The notes: a model not told the origin generated them from the letters alone. Shown: positions 43,700-56,766, counted from the first letter of the stretch. The stretch: 64,000 nt of DNA from Octopus vulgaris (GCA_951406725.2 OX597820.1:16182001-16246000), one strand, 5' to 3'. Numbers and translations are program-made.

Positions 43700-44830
43700 T
43701 TCTTTCTACTAAAAGCACAAGGTCTGAAATTTAGTGGAAGGGGCTAACCGATGACATCCATCCCAGTGCTTGACTGGTACTTTATTTTATCGACCCCAAA
43801 AGGATGAAAGTCAAAGTCGACCATGAATGAATTTGAACTCAGAACGTAAAGACGGATGAAATACTTATTTCTTTACTATCCAAAAGGGGCTAAACACAGA
43901 GGGGACAAACAGGGGCAGACAAAGGATTAAGTCGATTACATCGACCCCAGTGCGTAACTGGTACTTAATTTATCGGCCCCGAAAAGATTCCGACCTCGGC
44001 GGAATTTGAACTCAGAATGTAACGGCAGACGAAATACCTATTTCTTTACTACCCACATGGGGCTAAACACAGAGAGGACAAACAAGGACAGACAAACGGA
44101 TTAAGTCAATTATAACGACCCCAGTGTGTAACTGGTACTTATTTAATCGACCCCCGAAAGGATGAAAGGCCAGTCGACCTCGGCGGAATTTGAACTCAGA
44201 ATGTAACGGCAGACGAAATACCTATTTCTTTACTACCCACTAGGAGTTAAACACAGAGAGGACAAACAAGGACAGACAAACGGATTAAGTCAATTATAAC
44301 AACCCCAGTGTGTAACTGGTACTTATTTAATCGACCTTCGAAAGGATGAAAGGCAAAGTCGACCTCGGCGGAATTTGAACTCAGAACGTAACGGCAGACG
44401 AAATACTTATTTCTTTACTACCCACAAGGGGCTAAACACAGAGAGGACAAACAAGGACAGACAAACGGATTAAGTCAATTATAACGACCCCAGTGTGTAA
44501 CTGGTACTTATTTAATCGACCTCCGAAAGGATGAAAGGCAAAGTCGACCTCGGCGGAATTTGAACTCAGAACGTAACGGCAGACGAAATACTTATTTCTT
44601 TACTACCCACAAGGGGCTAAACACAGAGAGGACAAACAAGGACAGACAAACGGATTAAGTCAATTATAACGACCCCAGTGTGTAACTGGTACTTATTTAA
44701 TCGACCCCGAAAGGATGAAAGGCAAAGTCGACCTCGGCGGGATTTGAACTCAGAACGTAACGACAGACGAAATACCGCCAAGCATTTCGTCCTGCGTGCT
44801 AACAGTTCAGCTAGCTAGTTCGCCGCCTTG
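43700..44830 (-). repeat. Tandem array of about six ~180-bp units derived from the family A SINE
   Basis: gacctcggcgg..gaactcagaa recurs at ~43993, 44177, 44361, 44546, 44730. Confidence 0.93.
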
Positions 44831-45087
44831 TTAAGTTTAGATATATTTCTATATAAATGGGAGCTTTTGTGTGATTGAACCATCAAACTAGCTAGAAACA
44901 TTCAGTTTTCAAATTAAGTTCACAAATTAAATACGCTAGGTGCAGGCATGACTGTAAGGTTACAAACCGAGTTTTGCAACAACGTGGTTTTAAGTTCAGT
45001 TCCACTGCACGGTACCATGGGCAAGTACCTTCTACTATAGCTCCGGGCTGACCAATTCTTTGTGAGTGGACTTGGTATATAGAAGCT

Positions 45088-45539
45088 GGACGGACGTAAA
45101 AAATGTGGATCGCATCCCCTTTCGTTATTTATTTATGTATTTATTTATTTATTTATTACAGAATCCCTTATTTTCGAGTACGGAGATTCTGATTCTGCAA
45201 AAAACAAACGGCATTTTAAAATTTTAATTTCTCCCCCCCACCACCACCACCAAAATTTTTCAATTTTCACTTTTTTCAGAATTCTTGTCTTACAATCATT
45301 ATCTGCGTATTTTTCTACGTATTTCGAAAAAAAAAAATTCTGAAAAAAGTGAAAATTGAAGAATTGAGGTGGGGGAATTAAAATTTTAAAATGCCCTTTT
45401 TGTTAGCAGAATCAGAAATCTCTGTACTCGAAAATGGGGAATTCTGTAAAAAAAAAAAGAAAAATAATAACAATAATAATAATAATAATAATAATAATTA
45501 GAATAATAACGAAAGTGGTTCACATTCTTTTCGTCTGCC
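45088..45539. mobile_element. Long-TIR MITE with 8-bp TSD (Merlin-like GG termini), inserted in a family B SINE
   Basis: TSD tagaagct at 45080-45087 and 45540-45547; ends ggacggacg../..cgtctgcc; imperfect arms of ~190 bp. Confidence 0.85.
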
Positions 45540-45571
45540 TAGAAGCTGTATGTAAGCCTGTCATACATATG

Positions 45572-45777
45572 CAGTAATTTCTTGCCATATGGCAGTCCAC
45601 CTCTCGCGCACTCAGTACATCACGGATTTTTCTGACTAATATATGCAGATTTATATCGCGGTCTCCTCTGTATATCGCGGGTTTCTGCGGCCGATATGTA
45701 TTTATATTTTTTTAGATTTTAATTTATTTTGTGGGAGGTTTTGGGACGTAACACCCGCGATAGTCGAGATATTACTG
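45572..45777. mobile_element. Tigger/pogo-like MITE
   Basis: cagtaat...attactg termini; right end cccgcgatagtcga..attactg shared with 13205-13258. Confidence 0.65.
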
Positions 45778-45796
45778 CACATGTGTTTGTGTGTGC

Positions 45797-45861
<65 letters not shown>

Positions 45862-46181
45862 CATACATATATATATATTAATAAATTTTAGGGTAGCAAA
45901 AAATTCTAGAAAAATTCTCCGCTACCAGCGGTCAAGTGACAAAGAAAAAAATACTTCTTGGCTTTTCTGCTGATGAGTGCAACGCCAGTGGTAAATAAAT
46001 TTAATTTAATTTAATTTATTCACATAAGATTGCCGAAACTATGCATAGTCCAGAAAGGAAAGGGTAAACGTTTTTATTTCTCTTTCCATTTCAGAATTAC
46101 AACTATTAGTGGTTTGGAGTTTAGCTGGTCTTTCTAGTGAGTCGGATGTTCTATTATAGCCATCCCTTATATGTTTGAATG

Positions 46182-46291
<110 letters not shown>

Positions 46292-46633
46292 TATGTATGT
46301 ATGCATGTGTGTGTGTGTGTCTGTATCAGTGTTTGGCCTCTCTATCGCTTGGCAATTGGCGTTGGTTTGATCAGGTCCCTGAAACGTAGCGGTTTGGTAT
46401 AGGGGATCGAAACAATAAGCACCAGGCTTAAAACAGAAAGGCCGTACCCCAGTATGACTGAAACAAGTAAAAGACAAAAGACAGTAATATCCTTGTTTTC
46501 TTTTTTTTTTTTTTTTTTTTTCAGAAAAGAAAGTTTGAGAAAAATTTCTTGGAAATAAGATAGAAATATAGTTTTCTTTTTGTCTCTGTTTATACATTCA
46601 TATATATAGATATACATTATATACATACATACA

Positions 46634-46688
<55 letters not shown>

Positions 46689-46694
<6 letters not shown>

Positions 46695-47207
46695 TAATAA
46701 AAGAATTCCAACCTTGTCTGATTTTCACGTTTTATTTACAATCTTATAATGATATATTATAAGATAATATATTATAATTGAATAAAATAAAATGAAATAG
46801 TAGAATGTTAAATATTCATTCTGATTGAACTAGTACTTTCATGCATTGAATTCTGCAATCTTCGGGTTCATGTAGTAGTGTTGACAGTCATGCTTCACAA
46901 TTTTTGACTGTAGCAAGATGAGTGATTCTGTGCTATAAATACAGCTGGGTAGGCTATTTATAGCACAGAATCACTCATCTTGCTACAGTCAAAAATTGTG
47001 AAGCATGACTGTCAACACTACTACATGAACCCGAAGATTGCAGAATTCAATGCATGAAAGTACTAGTTCAATCAGAATGAATATTTAACATTCTACTATT
47101 TCATTTTATTTTATTCAATTATAATATATTATCTTATAATATATCATTATAAGATTGTAAATAAAACGTGAAAATCAGACAAGGTTGGAATTCTTTTATT
47201 AATATAT
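46689..47207. repeat. Perfect 253-bp-arm palindrome with 13-bp spacer (inverted Penelope-like pLTR pair)
   Basis: 46689-46941 is the reverse complement of 46955-47207; spacer cagctgggtaggc. Confidence 0.95.
47026..47070 (+). ncRNA. Minimal hammerhead, U4C variant (mirror copy at 46826-46870, minus strand)
   Basis: tgaac-CCGAAGA-t tgca gaattcaa tgca t-GAAA-gtac-TA-gttca. Confidence 0.75.
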
Positions 47208-47248
47208 TCTTCTATACACAATCACACACACCCATATATATATATATA

Positions 47249-47362
<114 letters not shown>

Positions 47363-47539
47363 GTCAATCCAAACATGAACAAGCAAGTAAAAGCAACGCG
47401 AGGACGTGGAATAAGTATAGTGTTATTATTTCTTTGTTTTTTTTTCACCCAACCAAAATATATTAGTAGCAAAATTTGTAAATCACATGTTGTATGGTGA
47501 GAAATGAGTTCTGCCGTTTCGGTCTGTCTCCCCTCCTCA

Positions 47540-47602
47540 GATTTTCTTCTTCTTCTTCTTCTTCTTCTTCTTCTTCTTCTTCTTCTTCTTCTTCTTCTTC
47601 TT

Positions 47603-47663
<61 letters not shown>

Positions 47664-47913
47664 TAATACTACTTCTAATTCTTATTCTTTCTCATCATCA
47701 TCATCATCATCATCATCATCTATTTTCTTCATTTTCTTTATTCCTAATATCTTCCAGGAGCAATTTAGGTTTCGAATACAAGAAATTTTACTCGACTACA
47801 ATAATTTTCTTCCTTTTTTTTTTAATTATTTTATTTCCTTTTGCTGTTGTTGTTGTTTCTTCTTGCCTTCGTCAATTCAAAGTTACCGTTGTGGAATATC
47901 TAGCAGAAATGAA

Positions 47914-47966
<53 letters not shown>

Positions 47967-48016
47967 TAATAATAATAATAATAATAATGATAATAATAAT
48001 AATAACAATAATAGTA

Positions 48017-48068
<52 letters not shown>

Positions 48069-48695
48069 TAACAATAACAATAATAATAATAATAATAATA
48101 ACAATAAAATAAAGAGATAAAAAGATAACAAATTTAATAAAAAAAAACAGGAAATGAGATTTTATTCAACGTTACTGATAAGTAGTTTTCAAAATTGAAT
48201 ACAAAACAATACAATATGAATATAAATAATAAAGAATATAATATGAAATGAAATTCGTTGCACTCTAAATACCTTCCTTTGGCTGCTGCTGCTGCTGCTG
48301 CTGCTGCTACCACTACTACTACTACTACTACTATTTTTCTTTCTCTTTCCTCTTTTTCTCCTCCACTGCTTCCTTCTTCAATTTCATTCTTTCTGCCCCT
48401 TCCATATTCTTCTGCTTCCTTCCCTTCTAATCTTCCTCCTCTCCTCCTCCTTCTCCTCCTCCTCCTTCTTCTTCTTCTTCTCCCCTCCTCCTCCTCCTCC
48501 TTCTTCTTCTTCTTCTTCTCCCCTCCTCTCCTCCTTCTCATTCTTCTTCTTCATCTTCATCTTCATCTTCTTCTTCTTCTTCTTCTTCTTCGTCCACTTC
48601 TTCGTCTTCTCCTTCCCTCTTCTTCTTCGTCTTCTTCTTCTTCTTCGTCTTCTTCTTCTTCTTCGTCCACTTCTTCTTCGTCTTCTCCTTCCTCT

Positions 48696-48726
<31 letters not shown>

Positions 48727-48739
48727 TATACTATTATCG

Positions 48740-48770
<31 letters not shown>
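47540..48770. repeat. Trinucleotide microsatellite cluster (TCT, ACT, TCA, AAT, GCT, TGT)
   Basis: Direct inspection. Confidence 0.95.
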
Positions 48771-48771
<1 letters not shown>

Positions 48772-48849
48772 ACCAATATTTGATTCCCCTGCGGAAAATA
48801 AAAGAAATCTTATTATTTACGTTATTGTTGCTTTGTCTTATACGAGCTG

Positions 48850-49520
48850 TTCCAAGTCTCACCTAGAGACCGCAAGTAACAGCAAGTTGGACGTTTTACT
48901 GCGTTCTTTATTTATGATTAGCAAATGATATATTGTATGGAAAGGAAACCAGAATCTGAGAATTAAGATTCAGTTAAATTTGTAATATTTCAGTTTTGAA
49001 AGAGTTTTAAGAATCGGATATTTTCAATCTGACGAAGCTTTTCCTAAGATGTAGACAGTATCCATGAGAACAATTTGTTGTAGTCCTGATGCCTTGAAGT
49101 TTCCTAGTATCTACCTGTAGTGTTTAAGAGAACCTTTTGGTATTGTCTCTCAAGGCTCCGAAGATCACAGGTACATTTGTGGGTCTTAGATGCCATCTTT
49201 TTAAGACTTATATTTCAAGATCTTTTAAGACTTATATTTCAAGTGTTGAAGTCTGTTGGGATTCTCATATTTATGAGCAGGCCTATTTTGTTAACGTGAT
49301 ATTTTACCACAATGTCTGGTCTGTTAGCCTGTATAACACGATCAGTTTCAATACTAAAGTCCCAAAGAACGGTGATAGCTTTATTTTCTACTACTTTGTT
49401 CAATATTATCTTTTACTGCTTTAAATTCTTGTTAAATATTTGCAAAAAGAACCCTATTTTACTTGGTGAAGAGGACTGTCGATATTTTGCCCCAAAAGGG
49501 CACAATTTTTGTAATATTCT
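48850..49520 (-). mobile_element. Degenerate RLE-clade LINE 3' end
   Basis: Minus-strand translation VLWDFSIETDRVIQANRPDIVV..VPVIFGAL..LQQIVLM. Confidence 0.8.
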
Positions 49521-49774
49521 ATTTGCTCTTTTCTTTTTTGTTTTTCTCTGCTGGAATTAAGGCGTCAGTAACGTCTACAGATTAAGCGGAGTAAAAGCAG
49601 GAAGAAGAACTCATTCCACAACTACCTTCATTAGAAAACACACGAAAACAGCAACAAAACAACAACAAAACGAGCAGCAACAATAACAGCAACAGCAACA
49701 ATAATGACAATGGTAGCAATAATGAGGTATTTTAGCATCGAGAACACTAATATAAGCAGCAACAGCACCAGTGG

Positions 49775-50083
49775 TGGCTCAATGGTCCAGTGGTTAGGGC
49801 AGCGGACTCGTTGTCGTAAGAACGCGGTTTCGATTCCCAGAGTGTTTATTGAGCAAAAAATCTAAGCTCTACGAGGCTCCGGCGGGGGGAGGGTGGTGAA
49901 TTCCGCTGTACTCTTTCACCACAACTTTCTCTCGCTCTTTCTTCCGACTTCTACCACAAAGCAGAGGAACCATGGTGTAACCAACTATGGTGTGGTAAAA
50001 CTTTCAGACCCTAGTCTAGATTGCGAATCCTCTGTACCCTAGGATGGTTCAGCTCTCCACTCGTTAAAAAGCCACCGTTTACG
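49775..50083 (+). mobile_element. Family C-headed SINE variant, truncated by the adjacent element
   Basis: Matches 52912-53224. Confidence 0.85.
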
Positions 50084-50084
50084 G

Positions 50085-50577
50085 AAGTTTTTCTTATGGC
50101 GTCTGCCACTGATGTCGAAAAACGAACAGTAAGCATAATTAAATCTCAGAATGAGATTGAAACAGTAATCGCTCGATAATGTAAAGTATAGAAGCCATCT
50201 TATCACGGCTAACCACATGCTTACTGTTCGTTTTTCGACATCAGTGGCAGACGCCATTAGAAAAAACTTATATATGTTTGCAAAGAGGCCTTCACTTTCA
50301 TCGCGACCTGGTGGTTACCGCCCGTTGACGAGGGACAACAATCCCGAAACTAGTTCGAGCGTATCACTCAGGCTTGCGAGGAAGGGATGACCTCCCTTTG
50401 CAAATACTCCAAGGACACTGATATTGTGTCTAAAGCCAGCTAGAGACGAAGATCTCTTGGGGCTATAAAGCTACAGTAACACCCCCTCCCCAATGTGGTT
50501 AGCCATGATAAGATGGCTTCTATACTTTACATTATCGAGCGATTACTGTTTCAATCTCATTCTGAGATTTAATTATG

Positions 50578-50578
<1 letters not shown>
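50085..50578 (+). mobile_element. Retrozyme-like element: 358-nt circularly permuted monomer (50217-50574) plus an inverted junction-spanning fragment
   Basis: Reverse complement of 50085-50218 equals 50493-50578 joined to 50219-50269; hammerhead at 50302-50378. Confidence 0.75.
50302..50378 (+). ncRNA. Type I hammerhead in a long helix I (C3U variant)
   Basis: cgcgacctggtggttaccgcccg-TTGACGA-ggga caacaa tccc-GAAA-ctag-TT-cgagcgtatcactcaggcttgcg. Confidence 0.72.
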
Positions 50579-50626
<48 letters not shown>

Positions 50627-50629
<3 letters not shown>

Positions 50630-50806
50630 TATATAGAAGGAGCTTCTACAGGACTAGAACTGTTTCATTCAAGAGAAATCTTCAGGAAATTTCTCTTGAA
50701 ACAGTTCTAGTCCTGTAGAAGCTCCTTCTATATAATAAATTAATGTTACTCTGCTATGTATTGAGTACCTTATTTACTGTGGTTAACCCCGAATCAACCC
50801 GGGACC

Positions 50807-50807
<1 letters not shown>
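50627..50807. mobile_element. Inverted Penelope-like end with hammerhead (minus strand, 50644-50688); family of 2811-2955
   Basis: ttc-CTGAAGA-tttctcttgaat-GAAA-cagttctagtcctg-TA-gaa, followed by an inverted partial copy. Confidence 0.75.
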
Positions 50808-50869
<62 letters not shown>

Positions 50870-50896
50870 TGTTACCCATATGAGTATATATATGGG

Positions 50897-50972
<76 letters not shown>

Positions 50973-51049
50973 ATGTATGTATGTATGTATGTATGTATGT
51001 ATGTATGTATGTATGTATGTATGTATGTATGTATGTATGTATCTATCTA

Positions 51050-51080
<31 letters not shown>

Positions 51081-51161
51081 ATATACATCCCTGCACATAT
51101 CTCTCCCGTCTTCGCTCAAAGGAGTAGAGTCGTAATTATTCTTTCAGTCTCTCCCAAATAC

Positions 51162-51234
51162 CTCAACTGCTTCAATTTCGTTGATGCAATCTTCTCGACG
51201 AAGCACCACCGCGAAGGAACTGCATCGAGTTCCG
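51162..51234 (-). CDS. Candidate 73-nt exon (e.g. [24 protein letters not shown])
   Basis: Strong acceptor ttttttttaacag|, donor GAG|gtattt; GC-richer than its surroundings. Confidence 0.25.
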
Positions 51235-51403
51235 CTGTTAAAAAAAAACCAACCTGACACTGTTTTAGGCAAGCGTAGTTGAGAGCTTATATAAATATTT
51301 ACACACAGACAAAGGCATACAAACATAATACATGCAGATCTCTCCCATTCATACGTCATGTGTTGGTGTATTTAAACGACAATAACGCCGCATCGACGGT
51401 AAC

Positions 51404-51455
<52 letters not shown>

Positions 51456-51636
51456 ATAGTAGTAGTAGTAGTGGGGGGTGATAGTGGTGGTGGTGGTGGT
51501 GGTGGTAGTAGTTGTGGTGGTGGTGGTGGTGGTGGTAGTAGTAGTGGTGGTAGTAGTAGTGTAGTAGTGTAGTAGTAATAGTGGTAGTAGTAGTGGTGGC
51601 GGTGGTAGCAGTAATAGTAGTAGTAGTAGCAGTAGC

Positions 51637-51674
<38 letters not shown>

Positions 51675-51749
51675 GGGGTGATAGTGGGGGTTGTGGTGGT
51701 GGTAGTAGTGGTGGTGGTGGTGGTAGTAGTAGTAGTAGTGGTAGTAGTG

Positions 51750-51803
<54 letters not shown>

Positions 51804-52164
51804 ATAGTAGTAGTAGTAGTAGTGGTAGTAGTAGGAGGAGGAGTAGGAGGAGGAGGAGGAGGAGGAGGAGGAGGAGGAGCAGCTACACCAGCAGCATCAG
51901 TTGTGGCTCGGTTATTGCTGTATTAAGGATTATTCCTTTAGTAAACATAGTTATTGCAGGTTTTTATTTATTTATTTATTTAGTTTTTATGTCACGTTGA
52001 TCTAACTTTGGTCGAATGTTATGGATTTATTTTATTAATTAATTTATTTATTAATTTTTTGCTTATCCTCGCGCGTCGCCAACACTGCTAACATCGCCAC
52101 CCGAGCTTCCTGACGAGACAACCACAAGAAGAAATCACTGCCACGGAAAAAAAAAAAAGAAACC

Positions 52165-52557
52165 ACCAGCTTGCCTACCAACCACATGGTTCCGGGTTCA
52201 GTCCCACTGCATGGCACCTTGGGCAAGTATCCTCTACTATAGCCTCAGGCCAACCAAAGCCTTGTGAGTGGATTTGGTAGACGGAAACTGAAAGAAGCCT
52301 GTCGTATATATGTATACATATGTATGTGTGTGTATATGTTTGTGTGTCTGTGTTTGTCCCCCTAGCATTGCTTGACTACCGATGCTGGTGTGTTTATGTC
52401 CCCGTCACTTAGCGGTTCGGCAAAAAGAGACCGATAGAATAAGTACTGGGCTTATAAAGAATAAGTCCCGGGGTCGAGTTGCTCGACTAAAGGCGGTGCT
52501 CCAGCATGGCCGCAGTCAAATGACTGAAACAAGTAAAAGAGTAAAAGAGTAAAGAGT
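52165..52557 (+). mobile_element. Family B SINE, well-preserved copy
   Basis: Ends in (gtaaaaga)n. Confidence 0.9.
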
Positions 52558-52911
52558 ACCACCACAACAACAACAACCACATCAACCGCTATCGCCGTCC
52601 CCACTATCGCCGCTAACGAGAACTGCTTGTATGCGCATGATCATTGCCCTCCCTCACCGTCACCAACAACCCTACCGCCACCACCACCACCACCACTACC
52701 ACTATCACCGCCACCATCACATCATAACCACCATCACCCGCAACCACCACTACCACCACCACCACCAGCACAATTCCCACCACCGCAACCACATTCACCA
52801 CTACAACCACCACCACCACTACCACTACACTGTCGCCAACACCGCCACTATCATAAACGCTACCACCACCGCTATCACTTCCAGTACCACCACGATACGA
52901 TAACCATCAGT

Positions 52912-53495
52912 TGAGGCGCAATGGCCCAGTGGTTAGGGCAGCGGACTCGCAGTCGTAAGAACGCGATTTCGATTCCCAGACTGGGCATTGTAAGTGCTTT
53001 TTTTGAGCAAAAGCACTTAAACTCCACGAGGCTCCAGTGAGGAGTGGTGGTGAACCCCGCTGCACAACTTTCTCTCACCCTTTCTTCCTACTTCTGCCAC
53101 AAAGCAGAGGACCCATGGTGTAACCCACTATGATGTGGTAAATTTTCAGACCCTAGTCTAGATTGCGATCTCCTTTGTACTCCTGGATGGTTCAGCTCTC
53201 CACCCGTTAAAAGCCACCGTTTACAGATTGAGGATAACAACGTAGCTTTCGTACCCGTGCGACCGCCAGTCTATCGCGTGTGGTGGGTGGATCTCCAAGT
53301 TGCCACACGCATTCCTTAGTAGCTTAGAGTAGGCTCGAATTAGAGATTATTCTTTGTGGCTAATGGCGTGAGTCCTGATTAGAAGAAGAAGAAGAAGAAG
53401 AAGAAGAAGAAGAAGAAGAAGAAGAAGAAGAAGAAGAAGAAGAAGAAGAAGAAGAAGAAGAAGAAGAAGAAGAAGAAGAAGAAGAAGAAGAAGAA
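52912..53495 (+). mobile_element. Full-length SINE variant (family C head, distinct body) with (GAA)n tail
   Basis: tRNA head gaggcgcaatggcccagtggttagggc; body shared with 49950-50083. Confidence 0.8.
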
Positions 53496-53776
53496 GACAA
53501 CCACCATCAACACCACCAACACCATGTTCATCGTTTCCTTGCATAGCAGCCAAATTTACCCAGAATTATACCAGACCAACTACCAAAAACAGAAGTTAAA
53601 CTAAAGGCTAACGATTACAGGAAAAGGGATTATTTCAATTACATCGACCCCAGTGTTTCACTGGTATTTTATTTCATCGACCCCGAAAGGATGAAAAGCA
53701 AAGTTGACCTCGATTGAACGTAGACGAAATGCCGCGAAGCATTTTACCTGGCGTGCTATCATTTCACCACCTTTGA

Positions 53777-53817
<41 letters not shown>

Positions 53818-54447
53818 AGAAAATTGCACTACTAGGCACTGCACACATCCTACGCAGAACACTTTCCATACAATAACCATCAGAGCATCACAACAAATCA
53901 CAGCACATACCCAAGGCACACAGAGCTGCGCTCGGTAGTGAAGTGAAAGCACACTATAAAAATAAAACTACTGAATAATAATAATAATAATTCTTTCTAT
54001 TTAGGGCTATCGACCCCAGTTTTTAACTGCTACTTCATTTATCGACTCCGAAAGGATGAAAAGCAAAGTCGACCTCGGCGGAATTTGAACTCAGAACGTA
54101 ATGACGCACTTTGCCCTGTGTGCTAACCATTCTGCCAGCTCACCGCCTCAAAAATAGTTATAATAAAATTTCTTTTGTTAGCTACAGTGGCATAGATGAG
54201 AGAGACATCACAAGAACAAATGACAGGTATAGCAGTATGGTTAACAAACTCGCTTTGCAGCCACCTGTTTTGGAAATCAGTACTACTTGTGCTGCACCTT
54301 GGGCAAGTGTCTTCTACTATACCCCCAGGAAAACTAATGTCTTGTGAGTGAATTTGGTTGATGGAAACTGTGTGGAAGCCGTTGTACATATGTGTGCGTG
54401 CGTGCGAGTGTGTGTTTATGTGTTTGTGTGCGAGTGTGTATGTACAT

Positions 54448-55487
54448 GTTCGGCAAAAGGAACCGACAGTCGGACTATATTATGCCCCATAGAGGCCCTA
54501 AGCACATGAAAATTTCCGTGACCGTATAGCAATGTAATTCAAAATATAAACAATAACCCATAAAGTTTTTATAAAGTGTGCATGTGTATGCAGTTGCGCT
54601 GTTCGGCAAAAGGGACCCGACAGTCGAGGCTATATTATGCCCCATAGAGGCCTTACGCACTTTAAAATTTCTATGACCTCATATCAATGTAATTCAAAAT
54701 ATAAACAATAACCCATAAAGTTTTTATAAAGTGTGCATGTGTATGCAGTTGCGCTGTTCGGCAAAAGGGACCCGACAGTCGAGGCTATATTATGCCCCAT
54801 AGAGGCCTTACGCACTTTAAAATTTCTATGACCTCATATCAATGTAATTCAAAATATAAACAATAACCCATAAAGTTTTTATAAAGTGTGCATGTGTATG
54901 CAGTTGCGCTGTTCGGCAAAAGGGACCCGACAGTCGAGGCTATATTATGCCCCATAGAGGCCTTACGCACTTGAAAATTTCTATGACCTCATATCAATGT
55001 AATTCAAAATATAAACAATAACCCATAAAGTTTTTATAAAGTGTGCATGTGTATGCAGTTGCGCTGTTCGGCAAAAGGGACCCGACAGTCGAGGCTATAT
55101 TATGCCCCATAGAGGCCTTACGCACTTTAAAATTTCTATGACCTCATATCAATGTAATTCAAAATATAAACAATAACCCATAAAGTTTTTATAAAGTGTG
55201 CATGTGTATGCAGTTGCGCTGTTCGGCAAAAGGGACCCGACAGTCGAGGCTATATTATGCCCCATAGAGGCCTTACGCACTTTAAAATTTCTATGACCTC
55301 ATATCAATGTAATTCAAAATATAAACAATAACCCATAAAGTTTTTATAAAGTGTGCATGTGTATGCAGTTGCGCTGTTCGGCAAAAGGGACCCGACAGTC
55401 GGGGCTATATTATGCCCCATAGAGGCTTTACGCACTTTAAAATTTCTATGACTTCATATCAATGTAATTCAAGCCCATAAAGTTTTT
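54448..55487. repeat. 155-bp tandem satellite, ~6.7 copies
   Basis: gttcggcaaaagg starts at 54448, 54601, 54756, 54911, 55066, 55221, 55376. Confidence 0.97.
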
Positions 55488-55949
55488 ACTCTTTTTATTT
55501 CTCAAAATGAAACGAAACTAACAAAAAGCTGAAGAATTATGTTTATTTCTGTATACATCCACTTTATTTATATTTGAAAAGTGTTTTAATCGCAAATTCT
55601 TTGATCAGATTCTCAAGATTACTTTTACGTAATGCACCCGCGTTTATACTTTGAAAAGATAAGGCATGCCGAATATCATTTTGGAAAGTTTAAAGTGATT
55701 TCCTTTTGTACCTTAAACCATTCACCATTTCTGTGATATTCTCCCCCTTCCGTTGATGCACTAAACACGTACTTAGTTTGCTTATTGATTAATTTAGCGC
55801 TGGAATTAGTACTGCGATCGATCAGTGTGACTAAAGACTTCAAAGCGGTGCCTCAGTACATTAATACACATACACACATATAAATACACACACGCACACA
55901 CACGTATATATATATATATATATATATATAAAGACACACATACACGCAT

Positions 55950-55984
<35 letters not shown>

Positions 55985-56766
55985 AATATAAATACACACG
56001 CACATACACACACATATATAAATACCAAAAATGGAAGAAGAACGCAACAGATGACAATAAAATATCCGGACAAATAGATGATACAAAGACGGGCAGGAAA
56101 AAAGAACAAAAATGAACAGGAAAAAATCAAGGACGAGTCATTCGTGGCCTTCTCTCTTCGGTCAAGTTTCCAGATTATCCATACAATTTCGGCCGGTTAC
56201 CCTTGATACTGTTCAAATCTGACTGGCTCCAAAAATCTAAGCTATGGGCATTAGATATTTTAGGAGACAGCAAGGGAATGTGTACGACAACAAAGACAAA
56301 AAAAACGGCAAAAAGGGAGACATTATTACACAATTACAAATACAAACAACAAGAAGATAACAACAGGTGTCTCTCGACCAATATAAACGAACGAAATTCA
56401 GCTGGCATGTGTGGAGTGAAAACCTTGAGGCAGGAACATAGATGAACATAAGAGATGAGTCATGAGACATTAATATAAGAGATGCTTCGCGGCCGGCAGT
56501 CTTGGCCGAACACCGGTCACGTGGAAGGAAAGGAGAGAGGCAGGGACCGAGAGATAGAAGAATTAAGAGGAGAACGAGAAAGAGAGAGAATCAAAGAGAG
56601 ATAAACGAGGAAAAGTTGGTAGATTAAAGAAAGAGCAAGCCAATGTTTATTTTATTATCAAGTTATAAATAAAAACATTTTAAAATTGAACTGAACGATT
56701 ACTAAGGAATACTTTTTAGTAGAGTGTGTATTTTATTAACTTTTACTAAATAAAAGTTGACAGTAA

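Noticed and set aside
54448-55487. Regularly spaced repeats resembling a CRISPR array (also 43700-44830)
   Set aside because: Whole units are identical with no unique spacers, no cas genes, eukaryotic context.
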